Assembly (NCBI GenBank): GCA_002269645.1
Contig: NIVC01000051.1
Coordinates: 1-64,000 of the forward strand
Length of the DNA stretch: 64,000 nt
DNA from: Macrostomum lignano
Taxonomy: Eukaryota
Reading direction: 5' to 3'
This document shows, in pieces, positions 45,821 through 62,992 of the stretch. The notes beneath the pieces are model-generated. The model did no database searches. It saw only the letters and a list, made by a program, of their open reading frames with translations, and had not been told where the DNA came from. Each line of letters begins with the position of its first letter. The stretch's first letter is position 1. The position numbers and the translations under genes were made by a program.

Positions 45821-46514
45821 CGCATATTCTGTAATCTCTAAGCGCAACCAAAGCTGTTCACAGCAACAAACTCATGGCTATATTTTTCTGGATTTTCTTA
45901 GCTCAAGCGACAATTTGTGCGCCGCATCAGGCAAACGATCTGAAATTCCCAAACGGCCTCAGCCTCGACCTCCATCAGCAGTTTTCATATTCATAGAAAT
46001 TGAGGAGTTTTGTTAATTCAACCGCAAATTTACGAGTGTTTGGCTTTTCCCTCCTGGGGGGGTCGGTCGGGAGCGAGTTGGCTGGAATAAAATTGATTTC
46101 AGCTTTGAAACGCGATAGCGCGCGCGTTGAGCTGTGTAATGAACGGAGCCTAAATCATGCCAATTTTGATGAAGGAGTCAGCTGCCTTTTCCCCCTTATG
46201 GATCCACACTTTACTTGCTGCAACTGCCACCCTGGCAACAGAACCGAATATTAAATGAGCTGGCATCTGGGGGCGGGGGGGGGTGTTACAGATCGGCCAG
46301 GCTCATCTGCAATCATTTATATTCTGTCTGTTTAATCCCCCAATATCCCCTTAGCTATAGTCACTTGCTCCAATATTCCCCAATGAATGCTGCGAGTGTA
46401 ATTTAGGAGTATCTGTAAATTTTATTTTAGAAATTGCTTTCCTCAATTGGTTTCTTAGAGATTTTGTTTATTTATTCTCTGGTTCTCTGGTTAGATTTTT
46501 TCTGGGCTCTGTCT

Positions 46515-46735
46515 CACCCTCTCTCTCTCCCGCCCTCTCCATCTCGCCCTCTCTCTCTCGCCCTCCCCATCTCACCCTCTCTCTCCCCTCTCCTTCTCAC
46601 CCTCTCTCTCCCGCTCTCTCAATCTCACCCTCCTCTCTCTCTCCCCTCTCCTTCTCACTCTCTCTCTCCCGCCCTCTCCATCTCACCCTCTCTCTTCCGC
46701 CCTCTCCGTCTCACCCTCCGTTTTTCCCGCTTCCC
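46515..46735. repeat. CT-rich low-complexity tract
   Basis: Direct reading. Confidence 0.8.
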
Positions 46736-48639
46736 CCGGCCACGTCAATTTCATGCATATATTAATATAAATCTTAATTTCATAAGTTAGTCTGGATTTT
46801 GTTATTTTTTAGTGCTTTTAGATTTTTGTTTATTAGCATTTCTCAAGTGTGCAGAAATTTTCTAATGGAAGATGCCGTGACCCATTTGTTTAGCCTCTAG
46901 TGCCTCTAGAAGATACTTAGTCGAATCTTGAACGGAAACTGTAACCATTTTATAAGCGGCTTTTTCTTCCGCGTCTAAGAGCATCCTTCTACATTTTGTA
47001 AAATGACGAATTTCTATTGCCACTTAAATACGGGAGTGGCCTTTGAATTGAAATTATAAAATTGATTACATATCCTTCGACTTATTGATTAGTAATTTAA
47101 AAGATGATGATTTATTTCATCATCATCATTAGCAGCTTAAAGAAAAGGGTAATGGACACTTTCAATTTAATCTCTGAATAAAGAGTTTCTTTCTTTAATC
47201 CTAGGATGATTGAGTTCTTGAGTTGGCAGAAATTATTCAAAATTCATTTTTCTATAAATGAATCTGTTGATTAACTTTATCTATAAATTGCAATTTTTTA
47301 CTCAAATGCTTTAGTAATGGAAAAAAAAGTTTTTTTTACTACATATCGGTAGGGTCAGATGCAGACATGCGGTCAGTCCGGTATGCTGTTCTTTGTGTGC
47401 GTGTGTGTATACATATATAATGTGTAATTTAATAGTTAAAACGGGAAGTGCTGTGTGTTTTTTAAATTTGGTGATTGGTCGGTCGGTCGGTCGGTCGGTT
47501 GATCGGTCGGTCGGCACCGAAGTGCAGGCACCAGGGAGGTGTGTAGCGATTCTGTCGGAGTTGAAGTGGCTATAGTTGCCGGATTCTTGCACTGAAAAGG
47601 CGCAACTTGTTGATGTCGGTAAAACGCGCCCTGTAATAAATTATTTAGAAACCGATGGATGGAATGCCTTTCACGTAGAGCAGAGAGGTTGGGAAAAACT
47701 GATTTTCGATACAATTTCGATTTTCAAGCCTTTTACGCGGGCTGTCTAAGATTATAGTCTAGTTAAATTGTTTATGAATTTACATTTGTCTTCTAAGCCT
47801 CATCAGTAGCTTGGGTATTTGCTGCTCGTAACGGCGCAAAAGTCGGGGGGGGGGAGTGTTGCGCTGGTTGGGAAACTAACAATAATTCTTGTTAGTTGAA
47901 GTTTTATTCGCAGTTCGAACCTGACGAGGGGGGTTGGGGGCGGTCTTAATCTCCCGGACCGATCGCGTAGGCCCGTGTTTAAATTAGAAAATATTATTCG
48001 AAAATTTTCTCTGCTAATTAAAACAAAAAAATAAAAAAACGCAATCGTCAAGAGTTCTTGCGCAAAAATGTTTCAAATTTCAAATTCAAGTTGTGCGACA
48101 TTTCTAGATGTAAATGCTTCTTATTAAAAAAGTTTTGATTGTTAATTAGATTTTATGACCTTCGAATGCTCTTAGTTGTCGGGGAGTTGTAGTGAAATTC
48201 ACAGCCATGAGACCCAAGCCCCTAGACAGTGTACATGCCTGGCGATTGTATATTCAGGGCCGCTGTACTATAACACACAGTAACTAAAATTATACTATAA
48301 CAAATGAAGGTCAATTCAAAAGACAAGCAATTAGTTCAATATCTCCGTATTCAACCTGTCAAATTTATTTACAACACAGTTGCACTCACAGCTGCTAAAA
48401 ATGTGTTTGATTAAGATTTTTTTAAACACGACAATAACAAGCGTACAACACAACAGACGGCATAGAGCATGATTTGTTAATATATCAGGGAATATTGTTG
48501 AAATTTGTTCTCAGTAAGTTTAAGTACATGGCATTTCATTTTGGATTGATAAAACTTCATATTTTATTAATAAACGTTATATTTTTGTACTAATTAGACT
48601 AGAGTGAATCGCAGAAATAAGAGAATAAACTGCACAAAG

Positions 48640-48930
48640 ATAAGAGAGTGAACTGAAGAGATGAGAGAGTGAACTACAGAGATAAGAGAGTGAACTACTG
48701 AGATGAGAGAGTGAACTACTGAGATAAGAGAGTGAACTACTGAGATGAGAGAGTGAACTACTGAGATAAGAGAGTGAACTGCAGAGATAAGAGAGCGAAC
48801 TGCAGAGATGAGAGAGTGAACTACTGAGATAAGAGAGTGAACTGCAGAGATAAGAGAGTGAACTGCAGAGATAAGAGAGCGAACTGCAGAGATAAGAGAG
48901 TGAACTAGAGAGATGAGAGAGTGAACGGCA
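48640..48930. repeat. 21-bp minisatellite (AGAGATAAGAGAGTGAACTGC)n
   Basis: Direct reading. Confidence 0.92.
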
Positions 48931-49071
48931 GAAATGAGAGTGAGTTGACAATAAGTCAAAATTGAGGGAAGCATAAAGCAACATATTAGCCTCAAAAAAG
49001 CAAGTTTAAGAAAAAATGAAGCCCAAAAAGCAAAATCATAATCTCTCATCAGGTTGTCAGAATTGTGAAAT

Positions 49072-52448
<3,377 letters not shown>

Positions 52449-53426
52449 TATCGAGGGACTCAAGCTTATGGGATTGAACTTAACAAATTAGAAAAATTCC
52501 CTCAGAAATTACTTCTGGCCTTTTTAGCGGCTATAGGGGATTAGGGGAATCGATATGCGGGGTTGGTTGATGATTAATAAAAATTGAGCGCTAAGGTTAG
52601 GCAGCTCAGGGAGAATCAATCTGCCAATTATTATTAATGACGGCCCGAGGACTTGAAGTGTTTATTAAAATTGCCTCTGCTGGCGGTAAGGAAGATTGCC
52701 GATTTGGAGCGCCTCTTAATGCCCGACTTTTTAAAAACGAAGGGGGATTCTGTTCCCTCCTCTCCAGCTTTTCTAATTAGCTCTCTAACGGGCCGATTGG
52801 GGTGTTTGGGAAGAATCCTCTAAAAGCCGATTGGCCATTGGTTGGGCTTGGATGGCTTTTCATTGGGCGCGGCTTGAAACTGGGAATTCTGGGGGGGGGG
52901 GGGGCTATTAAACACCAGCTCCCGATGATTGGGGGAATGGGAATGGGTTTCGTGGGAAAATCGGCGATGTGATCTTTTCTATTTTTTTTTCCAAAGCGAA
53001 ATTGAAAACTTAGAAGAGGCGCTGTGTATTGATTTCAGTGAAGAAGATGGTAGAGTTTTTTGTGCCAAGTTCTTTAGTCAGATTTAAATTAGTTTTCAAG
53101 TTTGGCAAGAAACCTTTATACTTTCATTCGTAGTTAATGATTGTGTGATTTTGAAATTGAAAATTTAGCTACTGAATGTAATTACCATTCTTTTTGGGTA
53201 ACTTTTCCATTATACTTCGTAGTCTAAACGATTATAGCCATTATTTTAGTCTATGGCAAAAACATCCCTTTATACTCGTAGCCTATGGTATTAGCGCCAT
53301 TATTATAGTCTATGGCATTAAGCACCACTTTATAGTTTATGGAAAAAAGTGTCACTTTATAGCCGACGGTATTATAGTCTATGGTATTGCATGTACCGCC
53401 ATTTTTATAGTCTATGGTATTGTATA

Positions 53427-53830
53427 ATAGTCATTACCATAGTCTAGGTAGAAAAGAATTTATAGTCTATGGTAAAATAGTCATTACCATAGTCTAGGTA
53501 GAAAAGAATTTATAGTCTATGGTAAAATAGTCATTACCATAGTCTAGGTAGAAAAGAATGTATAGTTTATGGTAAAATAGTCATTACCATAGTCTAGGTA
53601 GAAAAGAATGTATAGTTTATGGTAAAATAGTCATTACCATAGTCTAGGTAGAAAAGAATGTATAGTTTATGGTAAAATAGTCATTACCATAGTCTAGGTA
53701 GAAAAGAATGTATAGTTTATGGTAAAATAGTCATTACCATAGTCTAGGTAGAAAAGAATGTATAGTTTATGGTAAAATAGTCATTACCATAGTCTAGGTA
53801 GAAAAGAATTTATAGTCTAATGGTAAAAAA
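53427..53830. repeat. 50-bp tandem repeat, ~8 units, each with an internal inverted repeat
   Basis: Unit ATAGTCATTACCATAGTCTAGGTAGAAAAGAATTTATAGTCTATGGTAAA. Confidence 0.92.
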
Positions 53831-54949
53831 GCTACTCGAATAGTATGTATATCGGCATTATCATCATTATTATAGTCTATGGTAAAAGCGCCAGCATATC
53901 ACGAGGTATATATGTTGTTATACTTAGTAGTAGACAGTAAAATAGAAAAGCCGAGGAATTAAAATCTATATATTTTAGTGTACCATCATACGGATACCCT
54001 GTATGAACTGTCTACACGATATAGCCAATTTTTCCCACGGATTTTGATCTTCAGCCATCTCCATCTTGATGATCCCACCACCAATATCGGCAGGTCTCGG
54101 GCGTCTCGCCAGTTTGTGCACGGCATGTTTGTGTTGCCAAGCCACTATATAGCCTCCTAATGCCTCCCATGCACCTTCCCTAGAAACTTAATCTGTTACT
54201 GACCAACACGCCAGTGCTGTGGATATTCCGTTACCCCGCCGGGAATATAATTAACTGTTCACAGACCATGCGCACACAGAGACACATGTGGGCATGAGGA
54301 TGTCCATTTTTTTAAAAGCCTGCATTTTACTTATGGTCGGCCAGCACTAAATATGATTGACTTCAACACATATCAGCCATGCACACTTAACATAGTAACA
54401 GTTAGATCCACTCTCTCTGTCTGAGTTACTAAGGCCCCCTATCGCATTGCGAATGATGGTCATATATTTAGAGATGATACTATATACTGCAGATTATATA
54501 TATATATATATATAGTAAGGTCTTTGTTTTACACAATATTCCGATTCTTGACTGACAACATGTCATGCGATGCACGCGCCGTGCGCACACCTGTTGCATA
54601 ATCTGTTGAACATATTAGCTGTATAAATACAGAATAGATTACAGATAGAGTTCTCTTGCTGCTAGTCAATTGACGTCTGGGATATTTCAGGGTCCATGCA
54701 AGGCTGTATAATGAGGCTGTCTTGGGATAAATTAATGTATGCTATAGAATCAGCACTGCATGCTGTTTGGATCCTGCTGTGTTTTAAAATTCAACACGGT
54801 AGTACCATAATAACGAATATGATATGCCCAATTAATATTTACACTCATAATAATTTCGTCAATTTTGTTAATATTATAGCTAATTATCATAGCAAAATAC
54901 TGCCTGATTTCTTTGAGATATTTCTGAGATGTATAGAGGTAAGGGGAGA

Positions 54950-55030
54950 GTGTAGATGTGGGAGAGTAGATATGGAGAGAGATATGGATAGAGTAGAGAG
55001 AGTAGATATGGATATGGATAGAGAGAGAGA

Positions 55031-55084
<54 letters not shown>

Positions 55085-55745
55085 AGATAAAGGTGTGGGA
55101 AATAGTAGCTAAAGGTTGGGAGAGAGTAGATAAGGGTATCGGAGAGAGTAGATAGAGGCAAGGAAGAGAGTAGATAGAGATGTAGAAGAGAGTAGATAGA
55201 GGTCTGAGAGAGAGTAGATAAAGGTGTGGGAGAGAGTAGATAAAGGCTGGGAGAGAGTAGATAAGGGTATCGGAGAGAGTAGATAGAGGCAAGGAAGAGA
55301 GTAGATAGAGATGTAGAAGAGAGTAGATAGAGGTCTGAGAGAAAGTAGATAAAGGTGTGGGAGAGAGTAGATAAGGGTATCGGAGAGAGTAGATAGAGGC
55401 AAGGAAGAGAGTAGATAGAGATGTAGAAGAGAGTAGATAGAGGTCTGAGAGAGAGTAGATAAAGGTGTGGGAGAGAGTAGATAAAGGCTGGGAGAGAGTA
55501 GATAAGGGTATCGGAGAGAGTAGATAGAGGCAAGGAAGAGAGTAGATAGAGATGTAGAAGAGAGTAGATAGAGGTCTGAGAGAAAGTAGATAAAGGTGTG
55601 GGAGAGAGTAGATAAAGGCTGGGAGAGAGTAGATAAGGGTATCGGAGAGAGTAGATAGAGGCAAGGAAGAGAGTAGATAGAGATGTAGAAGAGAGTAGAT
55701 AAAGGTGCGGGAGAGAGTAGATAAAGGTGTAGGAGAGAGTAGATA
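54950..55745. repeat. (GA)n tract plus 22-bp GAGAGTAGATA-core repeat with 110/132-bp higher-order period
   Basis: The AAGGGTATC variant recurs at 132- and 110-bp spacing. Confidence 0.88.
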
Positions 55746-56733
55746 TGTGAGTTACATAGTAGATGAAGCTACCGTGGTGAGGTTAACACAAAAACCGAAG
55801 TTGGAAAAGATTGTGCAGATCTCAGTGATAAGAATTTTATGAAAATAGGAGAAGAAAAGTGGGCAGACATGTACAAAGTTTCGAGTGTCAGAAGAATCCT
55901 AATTGATTGATTTTGCGTGAAGGTCCAGTTTGATGCTATATATTAATGCATTGTTTTTTGATGACTTCTAAATATTACAGTCTTTGTTCTTTGTTTGATC
56001 TTTGTTGCAACTTGCTGGCGTTATGTTACGTGCTAATATATCTAAGTGGGAAGCTTTGGGAGACACAGCATCGCCCTAACCCTGATGCAAAAATAATAAT
56101 AAGAACTAATGTTCGCAAGCTGGGGTCTTCTGACGGTTCTTTACCCGATGTTATGGTCAGTCTTTGTTCGAACTTTGGTCTTTAGTGGGAGTGCAGGACT
56201 GGTTTCAATTAGCAAGATATAGGGGCTGTCCGTTCTGTAAGTTGTTGTGAATGAACTGACATGAATCTACCGTTCGCTTTATCTGTTAAAAATGGGGTGC
56301 GGTAGGGCGATGGCTGCATGTGTGGTATGTACCAAGATTTCCAACTTCAATAACAAAGACTCAACTGTGGAAACTGTGTAGATCGCCAGACAAAACCGCT
56401 TGGATGAACAAAACCGTTTCCTGTCCAACTAATTAAACCAAAACTTTTAGATGATGGAGAGAAAAAATTGGGTGAAAAACTGAGTCAGTTAAAAACTGAA
56501 AATTGATAAATTAATTAGGGACCCACCGCAGATTTCTGAGAGAAAAACTCGAATGTTCTGTACAGGCGTGCTCTGTAAAACCTCAGAGTTCTTGGGTAGG
56601 TAGAGATGCCTTCTGTTCAGAGACCTGGATCTCGGTCTGATCTGTCAGGGACCCTTCGCCAAAAACCGTATCTGGATTCAGTTGCAAAGCGAGTTTTGAA
56701 AAGTGAATTTAACTGAACTTTTTGTCCAATTTA

Positions 56734-57332
56734 GCGCCAGCACAAGGGGCGCCAGCACCAGGGGCGCCAGCACCAGGGGCGCCAGCACCAGGGGCGCCAG
56801 CACCAGGGGCGCCAGCACCAGGGGCGCCAGCACCAGGGGCGCCAGCACCAGGGGCGCCAGCACCAGGGGCGCCAGCACCAGGGGCGCCAGCACCAGGGGC
56901 GCCAGCACCAGGGGCGCCAGCACCAGGGGCGCCAGCACCAGGGGCGCCAGCACCAGGGGCGCCAGCACCAGGGGCGCCAGCACCAGGGGCGCCAGCACCA
57001 GGGGCGCCAGCACCAGGGGCACCAGTACCAGGGGCGCCAGCACCAGGGGCGCCAGCACCAGGGGCGCCAGCACCAGGGGCGCCAGCACAAGGGGCGCCAG
57101 CACAAGGGGCGCCAGCACCAGGGGCGCCAGCACAAGGGGCGCCAGCACAAGGGGCGCCAGCACAAGGGGCGCCAGCACAAGGGGCGCCAGCACAAGGGGC
57201 GCCAGCACAAGGGGCGCCAGCACAAGGGGCGCCAGCACAAGGGGCGCCAGCACAAGGGGCGCCAGCACAAGGGGCGCCAGCACAAGGGGCGCCAGCACCA
57301 GGGGCGCCAGCACCAAGGGCGCCAGCACCAGG
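56734..57332. repeat. 15-bp minisatellite (GGGGCGCCAGCACMA)n, ~40 units
   Basis: Direct reading. Confidence 0.97.
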
Positions 57333-58419
57333 GATGTCAACATCTGTTTAGTTTAGAAGCAAGAACAGAACGCTTCCAGTCCATCGAAGACTTTCCAGAG
57401 GTCCTTGGCCCAGAATCCGCGGATTTTTACCCGATTTTCCCCAATTGATGTCATTAGGGAAGTGCAACAGTTCCCTCCTCTCTCCATCTCCCTTACCCCC
57501 CCCCCCACCAGATTGTTACCTGTTGATCGCGCGGGCCCGATCGCGGGAAAAGGTGTAAAAAATGGGGCCGAGTTTGCGTGCGGCAGATTAGGGGGGCGAA
57601 AGCGTATCATCGTCTGGGCAGGGTCCTAATTGACTCCCCCAAGCCTTAGCCGGGGCCGAATGGTTAAACGTTAATTAGTGTTCGCTTCAATAAGCGAGAG
57701 CGATCGAAAGCCGCTGGGGTGGGAGGCTAGGGAAGGATGTTTGTTAACAAATACAAGTATAGCAATGGGATTTATAAGGGTTAGGGATTGGAATCATCAG
57801 GTGTCTAGATTATCCCTCTCCATGCTTCCTTCCCACCCAGATTGGGAATAGGGGAGTGTATATATGCATATACAATATAAGTATCTAAGCCCTCCCTTTT
57901 AATCTGCCGCAACGGCCGCTGAAGACCCCCGCGGTGTGAAATTTCGCTCTAACCTGGACGGGCGAACTGTTTGCTTTATCAGATCTTATAGCGGCTTCTC
58001 CCCCACCTGATGGCAATTACTAATTATTGCTATATAAAGCGGAATGCCCCCCACCCCAAAATCCGCTTGGTAGCAAACTTGATGAGGCAGATTTTATGTT
58101 TTAAAAAATCTGCCAAAAATGTACCGCAATGATGCAAATTGGACCTTTTTACATGCCAGTGGAAGTTGTTATTTCTATTCCATTTTTTACATATTTTAAC
58201 TCTCCAATGATTACCTCTTGTTTTTGCTATACAAGTGTGCGAAATTTTCAACTTTTTTGTTTATATGCACTAATTAAACTTTAATTTATCGTGTATTACA
58301 GAGGTTCGCAGAATTTCATAGGATAAATTTATTAATTAATATTAAAAAGAACTGACTACACTATTTGTCTTCGTACCTACCTACTACCTACCTTATTACT
58401 TACTTACGTTCTTTGTCTG

Positions 58420-58895
58420 TCTATCTGTCCTACCTGTCTGTCTGTCTGCCTTACCTGTCTGTCTATCTGCCTTACCTGTCTGTCTGTCTGCCTGTCTGTC
58501 TATCTGCCTTACCTGTCTGTCTGTCTGCCTTACCTGTCTGTCTGTCTGCCTTACCTGTCTGTCTATCTGTCTTACCTGTCTGTCTATCTGTCCTTACCTG
58601 TCTGTCTATCTGCCTTACCTGTCTGTCTGTCTGCCTTACCTGTCTGTCTATCTGCCTTACCTGTCTGTCTGTCTGCCTTACCTGTCTGTCTATCTGTCTT
58701 ACCTGTCTGTCTATCTGTCCTTACCTGTCTGTCTATCTGCTTTACCTGTCTGTCTATCTGCCTTACCTGTCTGTCTGTCTATCTGTCTTACCTGTCTGTC
58801 TATCTGCCTTACCTGTCTGTCTATCTGTCTTACCTGTCTGTCTATCTGTCTTACCTGTCTGTCTATCTGCCTTACCTGTCTGTCTATCTGTCTTA
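58420..58895. repeat. ~21-bp repeat (CCTGTCTGTCTATCTGCCTTA)n
   Basis: Direct reading. Confidence 0.9.
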
Positions 58896-59659
58896 CGCCC
58901 CTGTCCATCAGTTCCCTCTATAGCTTATGTTTGATTTTTAATTTTAACAGAGTCTTAAGCAGCCCCTATTATTTCTAATTCCCAATATTTTCCCCTAGAA
59001 AAATCCCATTTTTATCTCGACCATTTATATAGCGCTTATAAGTTTCAGTCCAGATGATGATGAAGGAGGCTGGCAGTTGTAATGCTAATTAAATGTACCC
59101 TCCCCCCTCAAACCCAACCAATAAAGCAGCACACATGATATGAGAGCCGCCTATGTGGGGGCGGCTGAAGGCCCCAAGCAGCTCTGCAGATTGGCATCCC
59201 AGATAAAAAACACAACGAACCCGTCTGCACCCAATTGGGAAAAACTGCTTAAGGCAAAGGCATGCCTGGTGGCTGCTATAGTGGCAACGGAAAGTGATTA
59301 GGGGCTAAACTTGATGAAGCATCCTTCGATGGCCGATAAACCAACACTCCCAACAACACCCACCGTTTCAAGCCCCAACTGAAAAAAAAATCTCAACAAA
59401 CCTGACCCACTGCTGCGTTACAATAAGTGTTACTAATATGACTGTTAGTTTATCTTATATTTCAGTACAGTAAGGGCCTGCAAAAGGTGCTGTATCCACG
59501 TGGGGTCACTGCTTATAGACAATGCGGGAGACAGATTTACTTTTGGTAATAAATAAGCCGCACAGTGGGAGTTTTCTGTACCTGTCAGGGAGGCCTAAAA
59601 GCGAAGTCTGGAATGATACGTCTCTTCTACATCAATATCGTTTTACTTTTCGAGCTGGA

Positions 59660-60740
59660 GTCTGACACCCCAGTGTCTACTCTGTCTGACACCCCAGTGT
59701 CTACTCTGTCTGACACCTCAGTATCTACTCTGTCTGACACCTCAGTGTCTACTCTGTCTGACACCTCAGTATCTACTCTGTCTGACACCTCAGTATCTAC
59801 TCTGTCTGACACCTCAGTGTCTACTCTGTCTGACACCTCAGTATCTACTCTGTCTGACACCTCAGTATCTACTCTGTCTGACACCTCAGTATCTACTCTG
59901 TCTGACACCTCAGTATGTACTCTGTCTGACACCTCAGTATCTACTCTGTCTGACACCTCAGTATCTACTCTGTCTGACACCTCAGTATGTACTCTGTCTG
60001 ACACCTCAGTGACTACTCTGTCTGACACCTCAGTATCTACTCTGTCTGACATCTCAGTGTCTACTCTGTCTGACACCTCAGTGTCTACTCTGTCTGACAC
60101 CTCAGTATCTACTCTGTCTGACACCCCAGTGTCTACTCTGTCTGACACCCCAGTGTCTACTCTGTCTGACACCTCAGTGTCTACTGTGTCTGACACCTCA
60201 GTGTCTACTCTGTCTGACACCTCAGTATCTACTGTGTCTGACACCTCAGTGTCTACTGTGTCTGACACCTCAGTATCTACTGTGTCTGACACCTCAGTGT
60301 CTACTCTGTCTGACACCTCAGTATATACTGTGTCTGACACCTCAGTGTCTACTCTGTCTGACACTTCAGTATCTACTGTGTCTGACACCTCAGTGTCTAC
60401 TCTGTCTGACACCTCAGTATCTACTGTGTCTGACACCTCAGTGTCTACTGTGTCTGACACCTCAGTATCTACTGTGTCTGACACCTCAGTGTCTACTCTG
60501 TCTGACACCTCAGTATATACTGTGTCTGACACCTCAGTGTCTACTCTGTCTGACACTTCAGTATCTACTGTGTCTGACACCTCAGTGTCTACTGTGTCTG
60601 ACACCTCAGTATCTACTGTGTCTGACACCTCAGTGTCTACTCTGTCTGACACCTCAGTATCTACTGTGTCTGACACCTCAGTGTCTACTCTGTCTGACAC
60701 CTCAGTATCTACTGTGTCTGACACCTCAGTGTCTACTCTC
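59660..60740. repeat. 24-bp minisatellite (TCTGACACCTCAGTGTCTACTCTG)n
   Basis: Direct reading. Confidence 0.97.
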
Positions 60741-61282
60741 TCTAATACTGCACCCTTGTAACTCCGTTTCATAATCCTGGGCCTCCTTGGTTTCCAGTCA
60801 CTACATAAAGTTACTGTCTGTCACAAGTGCTGACACTTTTGTTAGCTAATAAATATAAGTCATGAAACAAAGACTTCCCATTTGCTTTTTTGCTGTGTTT
60901 CTGTCAGCCCGATCCAGATGGCAGCACTCAAATTACAGGGGCTGTTTTCGCTATTTTTTTAAAGATTTGTCCTGCCCTTATCGCGGCTCGGTGATCTATT
61001 GGTGATAGGAAAGTTGGGAAAATTATCCCATTCCAGGTCAGGTCTCCATTGATGACGGAGCATTGTTGACTGTGTTAGTTATACGAGAACTCAATCCAGT
61101 TTTGTAAAGTATATAATTATAATACACACCATTCCCTAATCACACGTCTCACTTCTGGGAACATTGGACTTTAAGATTCACACTCTTAGAATCTCACACT
61201 TAAATCTCACTGTCAGAGTCTTATTCTTAGAAGCTCACCCATGATTATTAAGGTCTTAAGAGTCTTTTCAGACAAGATTTTC

Positions 61283-62342
61283 TCAGACAAGGCGCGAGAG
61301 TCAGAAAAGGCGCGAGAGAGTCAGGCAAGGCACGAGAGTCAGACAAGGCGAGAGAGTCAGACAAGGCGCGAGAGTCAGACAAGGCGCGAGAGAGTCAGAC
61401 AAGGCGAGAGAGTCAGACAAGGCGCGAGAGTCAGGCAAGGCGCGAGAGTCAGAAAAGGCGCGAGAGAGTCAGGCAAGGCGAGAGAGTCAGACAAGGCGAG
61501 AGAGTCAGGCAAGGCGAGAGAGTCAGACAAGGCGAGAGAGTCAGACAAGGCGCGAGAGTCAGACAAGGCGCGAGAGAGAGTCAGACAAGGCGCGAGAGTC
61601 AGAAAAGGCGCGAGAGAGTCAGGCAAGGCGAGAGAGTCAGACAAGGCGAGAGAGTCAGACAAGGCGCGAGAGTCAGACAAGGCGCGAGAGAGTCAGACAA
61701 GGCGAGAGAGTCAGACAAGGCGCGAGAAAGTCAGACAAGGCGCGAGAGAGTCAGACAAGGCGCGAGAGAGTCAGACAAGGCGCGAGAGAGTCAGAAAAGG
61801 CGCGAGAGAGTCAGACAAGGCACGAGAGTCAGACAAGGCGAGAGAGTCAGACAAGGCGCGAGAGTCAGACAAGGCGCGAGAGAGTCAGACAAGGCGAGAG
61901 AGTCAGACAAGGCGCGAGAGTCAGGCAAGGCGCGAGAGTCAGAAAAGGCGCGAGAGAGTCAGGCAAGGCGAGAGAGTCAGACAAGGCGAGAGAGTCAGGC
62001 AAGGCGAGAGAGTCAGACAAGGCGAGAGAGTCAGACAAGGCGCGAGAGTCAGACAAGGCGCGAGAGAGAGTCAGACAAGGCGCGAGAGTCAGAAAAGGCG
62101 CGAGAGAGTCAGGCAAGGCGAGAGAGTCAGACAAGGCGAGAGAGTCAGGCAAGGCGAGAGAGTCAGACAAGGCGCGAGAGAGTCAGACAAGGCACGAGAG
62201 AGTCAGACAAGGCGCGAGAGAGTCAGACAAGGCACGAGAGAGTCAGACAAGGCGCGAGAAAGTCAGACAAGGCGCGAGAGAGTCAGACAAGGCGCGAGAG
62301 AGTCAGACAAGGCGCGAGAGTCAGACAAGGCGCGAGAGTCAG
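61283..62342. repeat. 18-20-bp minisatellite (AGAGTCAGACAAGGCGCG[AG])n
   Basis: Direct reading. Confidence 0.95.
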
Positions 62343-62992
62343 GCATTAGAGTTGGTCAGTAAATTTTCTCAGCCAATTAGTAACCCTTCCCCACTGTCTG
62401 GTGGCCGCTGCTGTGAGAGACACCGGGGGGGGGGGGAGCGGCCCCAGGAAACAGGGGCCGCGCAGCCCCAGCTCAGCGGGAAATTAACCCTCAGCCAGAC
62501 AATATCGTGGGAAAAATTCGCCCCTCCGTGCATTCGTAGAAAAGAAGAGGAATTTACACTCTAGTCGCCCTCATTTCCCCTTGCCCACCCACTTGCCGGC
62601 TATTCCCGATGATTTAGCCAAAAGAGACAAGAGCAACTGCTTAGCTTAATTGCTGCTTTTAAAAAGGCTATAGCTAGGCTAGTTAGTGAGTTATCAAAAC
62701 TGCATAAGCTAAATAGTTTGAAGAAGGCACCAGGCGAGTCAGTTTAATTAAGGCAGTTCTTGACCGCGGGTTTCGACATTATCGATACTGCGAAATATTT
62801 TAGCTAATTGCTAACAGGCATTGGCAGCACTGTCGCTAGCAGGAATGTCGGTCTACTGGGGGGGGGGGGGTAATGAGGCTTATCTAACAACTTGTAAAGC
62901 TCCCTCTTTAAGGGTTAACCAGCTATTTATTGTCTGGCACTAACTGTCAATCACGGTCTTTGTTGGTTTGGGTATCACACAGACTTTATTTT

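Noticed and set aside
55860-56700. Possible retroelement (Penelope-like) remnant
   Set aside because: No convincing conserved motif in any frame.
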